A stretch of 64,000 nucleotides of DNA, from positions 128,001 through 192,000 of the forward strand of contig CAVYSE010000018.1 of the NCBI GenBank assembly GCA_963771075.1, given 5' to 3'. The notes beneath the pieces were generated by a model that saw nothing but the letters and a program-made list of their open reading frames with translations, did not search any database and had not been told where the DNA came from. The position numbers and the translations under genes are program-made. This DNA is from a candidate division FCPU426 bacterium (GTDB taxonomy: Bacteria > Oederibacteriota > Muellerivitia > Muellerivitales > Muellerivitaceae). This document shows positions 39,180 through 49,228 of the stretch, in pieces (position 1 is the stretch's first letter; every line of letters begins with the position of its first letter).

Positions 39180-39935
39180 TTGAAGATCCGAGAAACGGAA
39201 ACTATGGAAAGCAATACCCTCAACTCACTTCTTGATATCAATGGCAAACATTTCACGGTTGAAACCAGCTTGGCCCAGGGCAAGAACCGGGTTCTTTCCG
39301 TGGCTCAATTAGATGGAAGAATTCTTTCCCAGCGTGAATTTGAGTTACCCGAGGGTCTGGATGAGGATGGCAAGAAGCGGTTCAACCAGGAAACCCATAA
39401 AAACCGGCTTGTAGAGTTGGAGTCCATTTTTCGACTGAACCGGAAGATCGATGAAAAGCCGACGCCTGACGCCTGCTGGAAAATCGGCGTAATCCTGATG
39501 TCGAATGGCTTTTATGAGGATGCCCGCCAGCGTTTTTTGAAGGCCATGGAAATGGATCCCCAGCATCTGCAGGCCCTCAAATGTTACGGTATCAACCTGA
39601 CCCTGCTGGATGATTACGAAGCCGCTTTGGCTATTCTGAACCATGCACGGGAATTGGGCCCCTCCTTTGCCGACATTTATTACCACCTGGGAAATGTTCA
39701 TCTTTACCGAAGGGAACTGGACGAGGCTGTCCAATCCTATCTCCAAGCTCTCCAAATCAATCCCCGCTACGCGGATGCCAGGCTTCGTTTGGCCACCGCT
39801 TGCGTTGGCTATTTAACTATCGGCGATTTGAGTGTCAGTGACGGCGGCAAAACGGCCGAGTTGGCGGAAAGAGCCAAGGCGGAGGCCGAAACGGCGGCGA
39901 CATTAAACCCTAAACTTCGGAACGGTCCTTCATGA
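39180..39935 (+). CDS. TPR protein, N-terminal part (possibly one gene with 39932-40345)
   Basis: TPR motifs FADIYYHLG, ALQINPRYADA. Confidence 0.75.
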   Translation: MKIRETETMESNTLNSLLDINGKHFTVETSLAQGKNRVLSVAQLDGRILSQREFELPEGLDEDGKKRFNQETHKNRLVELESIFRLNRKIDEKPTPDACWKIGVILMSNGFYEDARQRFLKAMEMDPQHLQALKCYGINLTLLDDYEAALAILNHARELGPSFADIYYHLGNVHLYRRELDEAVQSYLQALQINPRYADARLRLATACVGYLTIGDLSVSDGGKTAELAERAKAEAETAATLNPKLRNGPS

Positions 39936-40345
39936 TGGCGACCGACTATCTGAAGAGCCGCAGGTTCTCAAACGCCTTCCAGACCTTTTTGGAAGTGCGG
40001 CCGCGGTTCGTTCCCCGGATCGGGGATGAAATTATTTTTTTCTTCACCTTGACGCTTCTCTATGGCAGCGAGGGGATTGACCTGCAAATGACCGAGCAAT
40101 ACATCGAGAAGTTATCCAAAGTAATCGAGGAATATCCCCATTACGCGGACCTGCACCACCATTTGGGCGTTGCCTACCTCATTAAGTGCCGTTTCGACGT
40201 CAGCCGATCGCTCAAGGAATTTAAAAAGGCCTTAACCATCAACCCGCAATTCCAAAAAGCCCTGAACAACGCCGAGGATACTGAGGAATTGCATCGCCGG
40301 GTCTTGGTCTCGTTGAAAAAGGCCATTATTTCAAAAGGGAATTAA
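39932..40345 (+). CDS. TPR protein, C-terminal part or coupled gene
   Basis: YPHYADLHHHLGVAY, ALTINPQFQKALNN. Confidence 0.65.
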   Translation: MMATDYLKSRRFSNAFQTFLEVRPRFVPRIGDEIIFFFTLTLLYGSEGIDLQMTEQYIEKLSKVIEEYPHYADLHHHLGVAYLIKCRFDVSRSLKEFKKALTINPQFQKALNNAEDTEELHRRVLVSLKKAIISKGN

Positions 40346-40389
40346 GGTTGTTGAATGGCGGAATCGGCGGGTTGCCTTAAACTGAACCC

Positions 40390-40773
40390 TTAAGCCTCAG
40401 GCACGGGCGTCAAAGAGTAGTTTTTCTCCAAAAACCCGACATGATCCGCCGAGGGGTTATCGAAATTGACACCGTAAGCGTACCGGCCCATGGTTTTCAT
40501 GGGGTTTTTCCGGGCCCAAACGACTTTTCCCGGGAAGGTCATGGCGTGGCTTCCATCCAAGGAATCCAGTTCGAGACTCAGGTTCGTTTTCTCGACCATG
40601 GTCTTGTTGGAGTAGATTTGGGCTCCGGTCGAGCTGATGTTGACTAGGTGGGCCCGAAAGACATCGGTCTGGTTTGAGTTTAATAGACGGCCTTTGATGG
40701 ATTTCACCATCACGACCCTATTGTTATTGGTCCGTTTGAACGTTTCGGGATTAGGCCGGGGAATCTTTTTCAT
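40390..40773 (-). CDS. Stand-alone PilZ-domain protein
   Basis: RTNNNR, NISSTG, GKVVW, YGVNF; AGGAG RBS. Confidence 0.8.
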   Translation of the reverse strand: MKKIPRPNPETFKRTNNNRVVMVKSIKGRLLNSNQTDVFRAHLVNISSTGAQIYSNKTMVEKTNLSLELDSLDGSHAMTFPGKVVWARKNPMKTMGRYAYGVNFDNPSADHVGFLEKNYSLTPVPEA

Positions 40774-40888
40774 GTGGGTTCTCCTGGTCAGTTTACCGTT
40801 ATAGCATAACATCCCGTCCAGCCCCTTGGGCGATAAAAATCCCATAACATGGGGTTTTGTTGAATTGAGGGAAGAAGAGGTTTTGGAT

Positions 40889-42392
40889 ATGCCTAACGTA
40901 CGAGTTCGTTTTGCTCCCAGTCCCACCGGCTATCTCCATGTAGGCGGAGCCCGGACCGCGCTTTTTAACTGGCTCTATGCACGCCATTTGGGCGGGAAAT
41001 TTATATTGCGAATTGAAGATACGGACCGGGAAAGGTCCAAGATCGAATATGAGGAAGGCATCATCCGGGACCTGCAATGGCTGGGCCTGGATTGGGATGA
41101 GGGGCCAGGGTTGGGGGGGCCTCATGGGCCGTACCGCCAAACCGAAAGGGCCTCTTTTTACCGGGACCAGCTCAAAAAGCTCCTGAACGGGGGTTTTGCA
41201 TATCCTTGCTTTTGCACCCATAAGGAACTGGAAGCCGAAAGGACGAAGGCCCAATCAGAGGGCGAGGGCTATCATTATTCCGGGAAATGCCGGGTTCTCT
41301 CCAAGGAACAGGCGGCGGCTCGACAAAAATCGGGGGAAGCCTTCTCGGTCAGGCTCCGGGTCCCGGAGGGGCGCACCCTCTTTCACGATCTCATCCGGGG
41401 CGAAGTGGCCGTGGAACACACCGAAGTGGATGATTTTATACTTGTTCGAAGCGGGGGAGAGCCTACCTATAACTTTGTGGTGACCGTTGACGACGCCCTG
41501 ATGGAAATGACGCATGTGATCCGTGGTGAAGACCATATCTCCAATACGCCCAAGCAGATTTTAATTTATCAGGCATTGGGGTTGACCCCGCCCCAGTTCG
41601 CCCATATTCCCTTGATTTTGGGTCCGGACCGAACCCCGCTTTCCAAGCGGCACGGGGCCAACTCGGTAGGGGAATTCAAACGCCAGGGTTACCTGCCCGA
41701 GGCCATGCTCAACTATTTGGCCCTCCTGGGTTGGTCGCTTGACGGCAAGAGCGAAATGTTTTCAAAAAACGACTTGGTTCACAAATTCAGCCTAGACCGT
41801 GTTCAAAAGAGTCCTGCGGCTTTTGATTACGACAAGCTCCAGTGGATGAACGGCCACTATATCCGGGAGGCGGACCCGGAAAGGGTTTACCAGTTGTGCC
41901 TAGAATATCTTTGGGACGCTGATGCCATCAACGAGGATTTCATGCGGCATGGGGGGGAAGCCCTCAAACGCATGATCACATCGGTCAAGAGCGGGTTGAA
42001 AACAATCTCCGACGTGGGGGGGCAGATCACTTATTTCCTGGGAGAGGTGCACACCTATGACCCCCAGGGCTTGGAAAAGTACATGACCCCTTCCGCAATT
42101 CCCGCCTTGGAAAAGTGCGCATTTATTTTGGAGGAAACCATGGATTTTACCGCCATGACGTTGGAATCCAAAATGCGGGATAGGTGCATCTGAATTGGGG
42201 ATCAAGTTCGCTGAAATGGTGCATCCCATGCGCTTGGCAATCACGGGGCGAACGGCCAGTCCTAATATTTTCGAATTGATTGAGATTTTGGGGAAGGGAC
42301 GGTGTATTGTCAGGATCTTGCGGTTTATCCGCATGATCCGCAACTCCGCTCCGGCCGTTAACAAGGATGAAAAGCCCGAAAATCAAGGGTAA
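40889..42392 (+). CDS. gltX: Glutamate-tRNA ligase, frameshifted near 42185
   Basis: RFAPSPTGYLHVG, LRIEDTD, IRGEDH, LSKRH; anticodon-domain tail (PMRLAITG..SP) continues in another frame. Confidence 0.93.
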
Positions 42393-42468
42393 ACCGGTGT
42401 TCAGGAAGGTTGCCATCCGGATGGCCTTGGGTTAGTTTAGGTTATTCCATTAGTCATGAGGGGGAGAC

Positions 42469-43033
42469 ATGAGTGAAAGTATAGAATTCGTATTTCATCG
42501 CGGGCGAGAAAAAAGGACGATTAAGGCCGGTCAGCCGAAAGGATTGGGCCCAGATCGTGGGCTGGTGGAATGACCCGGAAGTCCGCCGTTTATTTGACGT
42601 CCACTTTGTGGACCAAACTTTTTCCGACGCTGAAAAGTGGTTCGCCCGAACCAATTCCCCGGACGACGAGAAATTAGCCCGTTCCTTCGTGCTGGAAGTG
42701 GATCAGGACGGCAAATGGATTCCCGTGGGAACGGCGGAATTTTACAACGAACGGCCTTCCCACAAATGCGCTGATTTTGGTTTTTTAATAGGCGACAAGC
42801 AATGGTGGGGCATGGGGATCGGCACCGAGGCCGCCAAGCGCATGGTCAAATACGGCTTGGAGCAGTTGAACTATAAACGCATCGGGGCCGTTTCTGCGTC
42901 TTATAACGTGCGCTCCCTGAACGCGTTGCAAAAAGCGGGATTCCAGATTGAGGGAATCCGCAAGAGCTACGTGCTTCGCGACGGGGAATGGCATGACCAG
43001 ACGATGATGTCGATCGTGAATCCCAAAATTTAA
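42469..43033 (+). CDS. RimJ/RimL-type GNAT acetyltransferase, apparent frameshift near 42484
   Basis: GGGGAG RBS + ATG 42469; LRPVSRKD..W.NDPEV, WGMGIGTEA, N.RS...KAGF.EG lie in a shifted frame behind a TAG. Confidence 0.8.
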
Positions 43034-43122
43034 AACGCCTTTTACGCCGCACATAGGCCTTCTCAGCGTGGAAAACCTCTTTGCGGCGTAATTATTTCTG
43101 TGTTTATTGGCCAATAAGCCTG

Positions 43123-43131
43123 TGCTAAAAT
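43123..43131 (+). promoter_or_regulatory. Extended -10 promoter for tRNA-Gln
   Basis: TGcTAAAAT followed by GC-rich cccgccc. Confidence 0.45.
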
Positions 43132-43168
43132 TCCCGCCCTGTTGATCTGTTCTTTCAGGTCAATCGAT

Positions 43169-43242
43169 TGGGAGATCGTCTAACGGTAGGACAGCAGATT
43201 CTGGATCTGCTTATCTAGGTTCGAGTCCTAGTCTCCCAGCCA
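43169..43242 (+). tRNA. tRNA-Gln (CUG)
   Basis: Acceptor TGGGAGA/TCTCCCA, anticodon stem GCAGA/TCTGC with CTG at 43201-43203, GTTCGAG T-loop, encoded CCA. Confidence 0.96.
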
Positions 43243-43357
43243 TTTTTTATCATTAACATTAATTGAAAAACCGGCTTGCCCTTCAATTCGAGAAATAAGT
43301 TCTAAATATGTATCTGTGAAGGGCAGCCCCATTTCAAATATAAAATTTAAATAAAAC

Positions 43358-44083
43358 TTAAGCACTCCATTGAGTAGAAAAATCCCCTTGAACGGCGGTG
43401 GGGCCCGAGTGGATCAGGCGGCTTTTCATATCCGCCCAGATTTCCCCACCCACTGCCAGCCAACGCCTGCAAAAACTGTAATCCTCGCTTAAATACTCTC
43501 CCGTTTCAGGGGCGATCATGCAATTGAAAAGGGCGCCGGTTTCACCTTCTGATCCCTTATAAAGAAGCTCCGGGTATTTTTCGATCATGAGCGTTAGGGC
43601 TTCCCGTTTCAACATGAGAAAACCGGTGCCCGCATAGCGAACCCGGACGAAATCGTTTCGGGTTTCAACCATTCCGGGCTTTTCGGGGTCAAACACATAG
43701 CTCAGCGCCGCCTCGTCGGGACGGTTTTTTCCTTCTAGAACCAGGGCCTTCAGCTTTTGGGGGTCCAGCCACTTATGGGGATAAATGGCAGCGGTGGCCG
43801 GGGTATCGAAATCAAGCAAACGAAAGACCTGTTCAGGCTTGAACCCAATATCCCCGTCGATGAAAAGCAGGTGGGTGGCGCCGGGCTTGGCCATGAACCG
43901 GGCCGCCAGGTCCTGCCGGGCCCGGGGAATCAAGGCGTCACCGGGATGGGCCCAGACCTCCAATGCCACGCTCTTTTTTCGGCAGGCGGGCTGGAGTTGG
44001 AGCATGGAATTGATGTAAAGGCTGGAAAGTTTCCCCTCCCAACAGGGGGTCGCCACCACCAGATGAATCTTAGGATCGCTCAT
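43358..44083 (-). CDS. GT-A-fold glycosyltransferase-like protein
   Basis: VATPC, LIPRARQ, THLLFIDGDI, GTGFLML, LSEDYSFC. Confidence 0.8.
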   Translation of the reverse strand: MSDPKIHLVVATPCWEGKLSSLYINSMLQLQPACRKKSVALEVWAHPGDALIPRARQDLAARFMAKPGATHLLFIDGDIGFKPEQVFRLLDFDTPATAAIYPHKWLDPQKLKALVLEGKNRPDEAALSYVFDPEKPGMVETRNDFVRVRYAGTGFLMLKREALTLMIEKYPELLYKGSEGETGALFNCMIAPETGEYLSEDYSFCRRWLAVGGEIWADMKSRLIHSGPTAVQGDFSTQWSA

Positions 44084-44766
44084 GCCTGGACCCCCTGGAT
44101 TCCCAAGTGGACCAACCGGCTCTGGGTATCGGCCCAGATCTCTCCGCCCATCTCCGTCCAAAGCCTGCAAAAGCTCTCGTCCTCGGGAAGGTACCGATGG
44201 TTGGGTCCGTCGATTTGGCAATTGAAGAATGAGTAAAGATAACTGCTGTTCTTAAGGGGATTCATGGGACTGGACCCGCCGGAATACTTCAACTGGGGGT
44301 ATTTCTGCATCATCGCCAAAAGGGCTTGCCGCCGAATCATTAAAAAACCCGCCCTGGCGAAGGGAACTTTTACGAACTCTTCCTTTGAATCTGGAACCGT
44401 CTTGACTTCAGCTTGGGGGACTAGGGGCAAAGACCCGGGCTTGTTCGGATAAGGAGCTGAAACGATATCCTTCCCGATATGTAAAAGCCTAAAGACCTGG
44501 CGGGGATCAAAACCGATGTCCGAATCGATAAATAGAAGATGGGTGGAGGTGGGGTCTTCCAGAAAACAAGCGACGATATTTTGGCGAGCCCGGGTGATGA
44601 GGGCATCCCCCCAAAGGGTCAAAACCGTCAGGTTGACCCCGGAACGGGCGCAATTTTCCTCAAGTTGGAGCAGGGAGGTGAAGTAAAGGCTGGTGGCCTG
44701 GCCGCCATAACAGGGGGTGCCGATGTAGAGATGGATGGGGCCAGTAGAATTGACGCTTTGATTCAT
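44080..44766 (-). CDS. GT-A-fold glycosyltransferase-like protein (paralog)
   Basis: IGTPCY, LITRARQ, THLLFIDSDI, LPEDESFC; ATGA overlap. Confidence 0.8.
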   Translation of the reverse strand: MNQSVNSTGPIHLYIGTPCYGGQATSLYFTSLLQLEENCARSGVNLTVLTLWGDALITRARQNIVACFLEDPTSTHLLFIDSDIGFDPRQVFRLLHIGKDIVSAPYPNKPGSLPLVPQAEVKTVPDSKEEFVKVPFARAGFLMIRRQALLAMMQKYPQLKYSGGSSPMNPLKNSSYLYSFFNCQIDGPNHRYLPEDESFCRLWTEMGGEIWADTQSRLVHLGIQGVQA

Positions 44767-44805
44767 ATGTGGGAACACCCTTTCGGCTAATCAATGGCAT
44801 GTAAC

Positions 44806-46650
44806 TTACACCATTTGGTTCTTTTTGGCTTCCAGTTCCTCCCAACGTTTGAAAAGGACCTCAACTTTGGCTTGTTCTGCCTCCACTTTCTTCTGTTCCT
44901 CCAATAATTTGGCGATGTCGGTGCCGATTTTTGGATCTTCCAAACGGGCTTTGGCGGCCTTTAGGGTTTGTTCAGCAGTGTGGATGGCCGCGTCCATCCC
45001 TTCCAATTCCTTCTGTTCCTTGGCGGAGAGAGCTTTTTTTACTTTGACAGGGGAAGTGAAGGGTACGGAATCGGTTTTTTTGGTAATGGGAGCCGGGTTG
45101 GTCTTGGAAAGTTCTCTCGCCCTTTGTTCCAGCCGGAAATCTTCCCACTGGGACAGGTCGGCGAAAAAGTCAGCGTTCCCCTTGCCGTCCAAAGCCAAAA
45201 TTTGGCGGCTCACCCGCCCCAGCAGGTAGCGGTCATGGGTGACTAAAACAAGGGCGCCGGGGAATTCCATCAGGCTTTGTTCCAGCACTTCCAGGGAAGG
45301 GATGTCCAGGTCGTTAGTAGGCTCGTCGAGCAGGAGCAGGTCGGCGGGTTTTATCATAAGCCGGGCGATCAGGACTCGGCTCTGTTCCCCGCCCGAGAAG
45401 CGGCTCAAGGGGCGCTCCAACTGGTCAGGAGAGAAAAGGAAGCGGCTGGCCCAACTGGCCACATGGATGGGTTTTTCCCTGAAATAGACGTAATCGCCCT
45501 TCTCGCAGAGGGCTTCCCGGAGGGTTTGTTTCAAATCCAACTGGTCGCGGTGCTGGTCAAAGGTGACGACCCTCAGTTTTTCCGCCTGTTTGACCGTGCC
45601 CGTATCGGGGGTGATTTCACCCGCGAACAATTTCAACAAGGTGCTCTTTCCACTGCCGTTCTCGCCCAAAAGCCCCAGCTTGTCACCGGGAGTCAAAAGT
45701 ATATCCAAAGGTCCGAAAAGTTTTCGCCCCCCCAAGGTCTTGGCTACCTTAGAGGCGGCCACCAGGCGCTGGGTTTCCCGGTTGGAGGAGGTGAAGTCGA
45801 TATTGACGTTCTTGCCCTGGGAATTGCGGTATTGAAGCTCATCCAGCTCCCCCATCAGCTCCCCGGCCCGGTCGATGCGGGCCTGTTGCTTGGTCTGGCG
45901 GGCCTTGGGCCCTCGGCGCAGCCACTCAATTTCCCGGCGCACCTGGTTGGCCACCGTGTCCTCGCGCTTGGCCTGGGCGCCGAAGAGGTTTTCGCGCTTT
46001 TCCAAGAAGTCGGTGTAATTGCCCTGGTTGCTGAAGTAACCCTCGGGGTAGCGCTTGTTCAGCTCGATGATGCGGTTGCCCACCCGCTCCAAAAAGCGGC
46101 GGTCATGGGTGACGACCACAAAGGCGAATTTCAGGTTTTCCATGAAACCCTCGAGCCAGAGGACGGCTTCCATGTCCAGGTGGTTCGTGGGCTCGTCCAA
46201 TAGAAGCAGGTCGGGTTCCCGTAAGACCTGGGTGAGGATGGCGAGGCGCTTGCGCCAGCCTCCCGAGAGTTTCGAGACTTCCTGGTCGGGCAGGGTGAAA
46301 CCCGCGTCTTCCAGGCCCTGGTCGACCCGGATGTCCATCTCCCAATCCTCCAATCCCAAGCCTTCGAGGCCTTGGAGGAGGGCGTCCCGGACCGTGAGAC
46401 CTTGGTCGGGATCCTCAAAGCGGTCTTGCTGGGACAGATAGCCCACCCTCAACCCCTTACGCTGGGAAACCAGGCCCTCATCTTGTTTTTCCACGCCCGC
46501 CAATATCTTCAAGAGGGTGGATTTGCCGGTGCCATTGGGTCCGATCAAGCCGGTGCGTTCGCCCTCGAACAAGCCGAAGGAAAGTTTCTCGAAAAGGGGT
46601 CGGGCGCCGTAGGTTTTCGATAGGTTTTGACAGCTGACCAGTATTCCCAA
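44806..46650 (-). CDS. uup: ABC-F ATPase, Uup-like
   Basis: Two ABC domains (GPNGTGKS, GENGSGKS), LDEPTN twice, C-terminal coiled coil ending RWEELE. Confidence 0.88.
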   Translation of the reverse strand: MGILVSCQNLSKTYGARPLFEKLSFGLFEGERTGLIGPNGTGKSTLLKILAGVEKQDEGLVSQRKGLRVGYLSQQDRFEDPDQGLTVRDALLQGLEGLGLEDWEMDIRVDQGLEDAGFTLPDQEVSKLSGGWRKRLAILTQVLREPDLLLLDEPTNHLDMEAVLWLEGFMENLKFAFVVVTHDRRFLERVGNRIIELNKRYPEGYFSNQGNYTDFLEKRENLFGAQAKREDTVANQVRREIEWLRRGPKARQTKQQARIDRAGELMGELDELQYRNSQGKNVNIDFTSSNRETQRLVAASKVAKTLGGRKLFGPLDILLTPGDKLGLLGENGSGKSTLLKLFAGEITPDTGTVKQAEKLRVVTFDQHRDQLDLKQTLREALCEKGDYVYFREKPIHVASWASRFLFSPDQLERPLSRFSGGEQSRVLIARLMIKPADLLLLDEPTNDLDIPSLEVLEQSLMEFPGALVLVTHDRYLLGRVSRQILALDGKGNADFFADLSQWEDFRLEQRARELSKTNPAPITKKTDSVPFTSPVKVKKALSAKEQKELEGMDAAIHTAEQTLKAAKARLEDPKIGTDIAKLLEEQKKVEAEQAKVEVLFKRWEELEAKKNQMV

Positions 46651-46868
46651 GGGTATCAACTTTCGATTGGGGATGAACAAGGGGGCTAAGAATAACGGCA
46701 CACAGCGCAAATGAAAAGGGCTGTTTCGTTAATCCTCATATTCCGGAACCCCTTTCGAAATGAGGATAAAGATGTGCTGGGCAACACTTCCCGTTGGCTT
46801 ATGCGTCCAAACCCCATGAGTTATGAACCCTGGTGGAACTGGGTTCCTCAAATCCTGGAGGGCAAAAC

Positions 46869-47513
46869 ATGAAGAAATTAATGAGTTTGGCTGGTTTGGG
46901 CGCATTGTCCTTATTTTTGATGATGGGAGGGGTCAAAACTCTCCATGCGGACGAACCGGCTCCCGGCGACAACAACGGACCCGGTATGATGGAAAAGGGC
47001 CATGATTGGGGCAAGGGCGGTCCGGGCGGTATGTGGAAGGAAAAATTGGGTTTGACCGATGATCAGGTCGCCAAGATGAAAGAACTGATGAAAAAGCAGA
47101 TGACGGAGACCCAGCCCCTGCGTGACCAGATGAAAGTCGACATGGATACTTTGAAGCTCAAGGTCGACGCCAAGGCTTCGGACGATACGATCAAGATCCT
47201 TCTGGACAATCTCTCGGCGGACAAAAAGAAACTTCAGGCCAAGCGAGAGAGCTTCATCGAACAGGCCAAATCCATCCTGACACCTTCCCAGCAGGCGAAG
47301 TTCTTGATGAGCATGAAGGGACATGGCCGTTGGGACCGTGGTGAACGAGGTGGCTGGTGTGGCGGGGATAAAATGAGAGGCGGTTGCATGGGCAAGGACG
47401 GGAAGGAGTGCCCGATGATGAAGGGGAAGGATGGCGGTATGGCAAAACATAAAGGCCGCATGGACAAGGATGATGACGACTCCTCCCCCGCTGATTCGAA
47501 GGCCTCCAAATAA
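46869..47513 (+). CDS. Spy/CpxP-family periplasmic chaperone
   Basis: Signal peptide, LGLTDDQ and ILTPSQQ motifs. Confidence 0.85.
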   Translation: MKKLMSLAGLGALSLFLMMGGVKTLHADEPAPGDNNGPGMMEKGHDWGKGGPGGMWKEKLGLTDDQVAKMKELMKKQMTETQPLRDQMKVDMDTLKLKVDAKASDDTIKILLDNLSADKKKLQAKRESFIEQAKSILTPSQQAKFLMSMKGHGRWDRGERGGWCGGDKMRGGCMGKDGKECPMMKGKDGGMAKHKGRMDKDDDDSSPADSKASK

Positions 47514-47547
47514 ATAAAACTTTCCTCCTGCTGGGAAAGCCTATCGC

Positions 47548-47585
47548 ACGCCTTCCAGGCCCATCCTGGAAGGCGTTTTTTTTTA
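47548..47585. terminator. Rho-independent terminator
   Basis: ACGCCTTCCAGG-cccat-CCTGGAAGGCGT plus T run. Confidence 0.88.
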
Positions 47586-47617
47586 TTATTAAGAATTTGC
47601 GCTACGCCTCGTCAGTT

Positions 47618-47968
47618 TCATCTGATTTTGATGACCGTGATGCCGGAGTTATTACGGTTGAGGTCTTGATCGTTCCTTACTTCAGGGTATTTGGAGTACC
47701 ACTGAAGGTAGGTCGTGTCGGTCACTTTCCAGTCAGTGCCCAGAATCCATCCCCTGAGCAGTCCTTTCTTGCCCCAGTCGGGTAATTGGGTCTTCACCGC
47801 CCGCTTGATCTTGCCGCCCCGGCCCGTGCTACCCCAGCCGTGGATCACTTTCACGAAAACAACGCCCCGGGACTTGGCGGACTTTAAGCCCGAAACCAAT
47901 TTTCCCAGAGCTTCCTCGGTGGTGGGGAACCCTTCCTCGATATTCAAGAGTTCAAATAATTTCGGCAA
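47618..47968 (-). CDS. Stand-alone Smr-domain protein
   Basis: KVIHGWGSTG.GG.I, N.G.T. Confidence 0.8.
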   Translation of the reverse strand: MPKLFELLNIEEGFPTTEEALGKLVSGLKSAKSRGVVFVKVIHGWGSTGRGGKIKRAVKTQLPDWGKKGLLRGWILGTDWKVTDTTYLQWYSKYPEVRNDQDLNRNNSGITVIKIR

Positions 47969-48009
47969 GGGACCTCGTTTTGTTTAGGGGATTCAAACCA
48001 TATTTTTAT

Positions 48010-48075
48010 CACCAAGACACCAATGGATTCCATTTTTGGAACAATTTAAATCTTTTTGTCTTGGTGTCTTGGTGG
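48010..48075. mobile_element. Empty MITE-like element (ACCAAG flavour)
   Basis: Perfect 14-bp inverted repeat CACCAAGACACCAA (48010-48023) / TTGGTGTCTTGGTG (48061-48074). Confidence 0.65.
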
Positions 48076-48101
48076 AGGAAGGTATTTTTTTAGAGTTTTT
48101 A

Positions 48102-49067
48102 TCATTTAAAGGGTATTTCGCCACTGGCTTCATCCAATCGAATGATTACGGAAGGTTCCAGCTTTAATCGGGTGGATTCCACCATTTCCTTTAATTGCTC
48201 TAGTGTAGTGGCACTGACAATCGGAGCCGTAATGCTGCGGCGGGCCAGGAGCCAAGCCAGGGCCACGGTGCCGGGTTTGGATTGCAGGTTTTGGGCGGTC
48301 TCGTCTAGCGCTTTTAATATGCGCAATCCCCGCTCGTTCAGGTATTTCTTCACGATACCGGGCCCCCGGAGGCTCTTGGAAGCGTCTGACTCGGAACGGT
48401 ATTTGCCTGTTAAAAAACCAGCCGCCAGTGAAAAATAAGGAATCACTCCCACCTTTTCTTTCAGGCAGAGAGGCTCCAGTTTGGATTCGAAATCAATCCG
48501 CTCATAAAGGTTGTAATGCGGTTGAAGGCTCTCATAACGGGGATAGCCCATTTGAACGCTGACTTTCAGGGACTCCGACAACCTATCAGGACTGAAATTG
48601 GAGGCTCCAATAACTCGAACCTTTCCTTCTTTTACCAATTGGGAATAGGCCCCTAAGGTTTCTTCAATGGGCGCATTGGGGTCGTCATGGTGGGATTGAT
48701 ATAGGTCGATGACATGGGTTTGGAGACGTTGGAGTGAATTCTCGACCTGCTTTAAGATTTGAGCTTTGGCAAGGCCCTTCTCGCCTGGCCCCATTTCAGA
48801 GGCGACCTTGGTGGCGAGGATCACCTGGTTTCGGTTCCCGCGTGTCTTCATCCATTTGCCCAGGATGGTTTCCGATTCGCCTCCTGGGTGGCCTTCTACC
48901 CATCGTGAATAGCTGTTGGCGGTGTCGATGAAGTTAAAACCGGCATCCATGAAAGCGTCCAATAGTTTGAAAGAAGTGGGTTCGTCCACGGTCCACCCGA
49001 AGATGTTCCCCCCGAACATGAGGGGGGCGACTTCCAAGGCGGAATTTCCCAACCTGCGCTTATCCAT
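48102..49067 (-). CDS. Aldo/keto reductase
   Basis: FIDTANSY, ATK, IDLYQSH, GASNF, YFSLAAGFLTGKY. Confidence 0.93.
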   Translation of the reverse strand: MDKRRLGNSALEVAPLMFGGNIFGWTVDEPTSFKLLDAFMDAGFNFIDTANSYSRWVEGHPGGESETILGKWMKTRGNRNQVILATKVASEMGPGEKGLAKAQILKQVENSLQRLQTHVIDLYQSHHDDPNAPIEETLGAYSQLVKEGKVRVIGASNFSPDRLSESLKVSVQMGYPRYESLQPHYNLYERIDFESKLEPLCLKEKVGVIPYFSLAAGFLTGKYRSESDASKSLRGPGIVKKYLNERGLRILKALDETAQNLQSKPGTVALAWLLARRSITAPIVSATTLEQLKEMVESTRLKLEPSVIIRLDEASGEIPFK

Positions 49068-49228
49068 TCATTCCTCCGGGGCATAGAGTTTTATTGATGA
49101 ATGATATTAACCACGACAGCCGGGGTTTCAAGGGAGGAAGGTATTTTCAGCCCCCCGGGAACTAAAAAAACATATAATTAGTGCCGGTTTGGCGGTTTTG
49201 AGGAACCGCAATTATTTACGAGGTAACC

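Noticed and set aside
42191..42193. TGA readthrough or selenocysteine in gltX
   Set aside because: The continuation is in a different frame, so readthrough would not restore the protein.
43243..44800. Integrative element at tRNA-Gln
   Set aside because: No integrase, and I saw no duplicated tRNA 3' end in the window.
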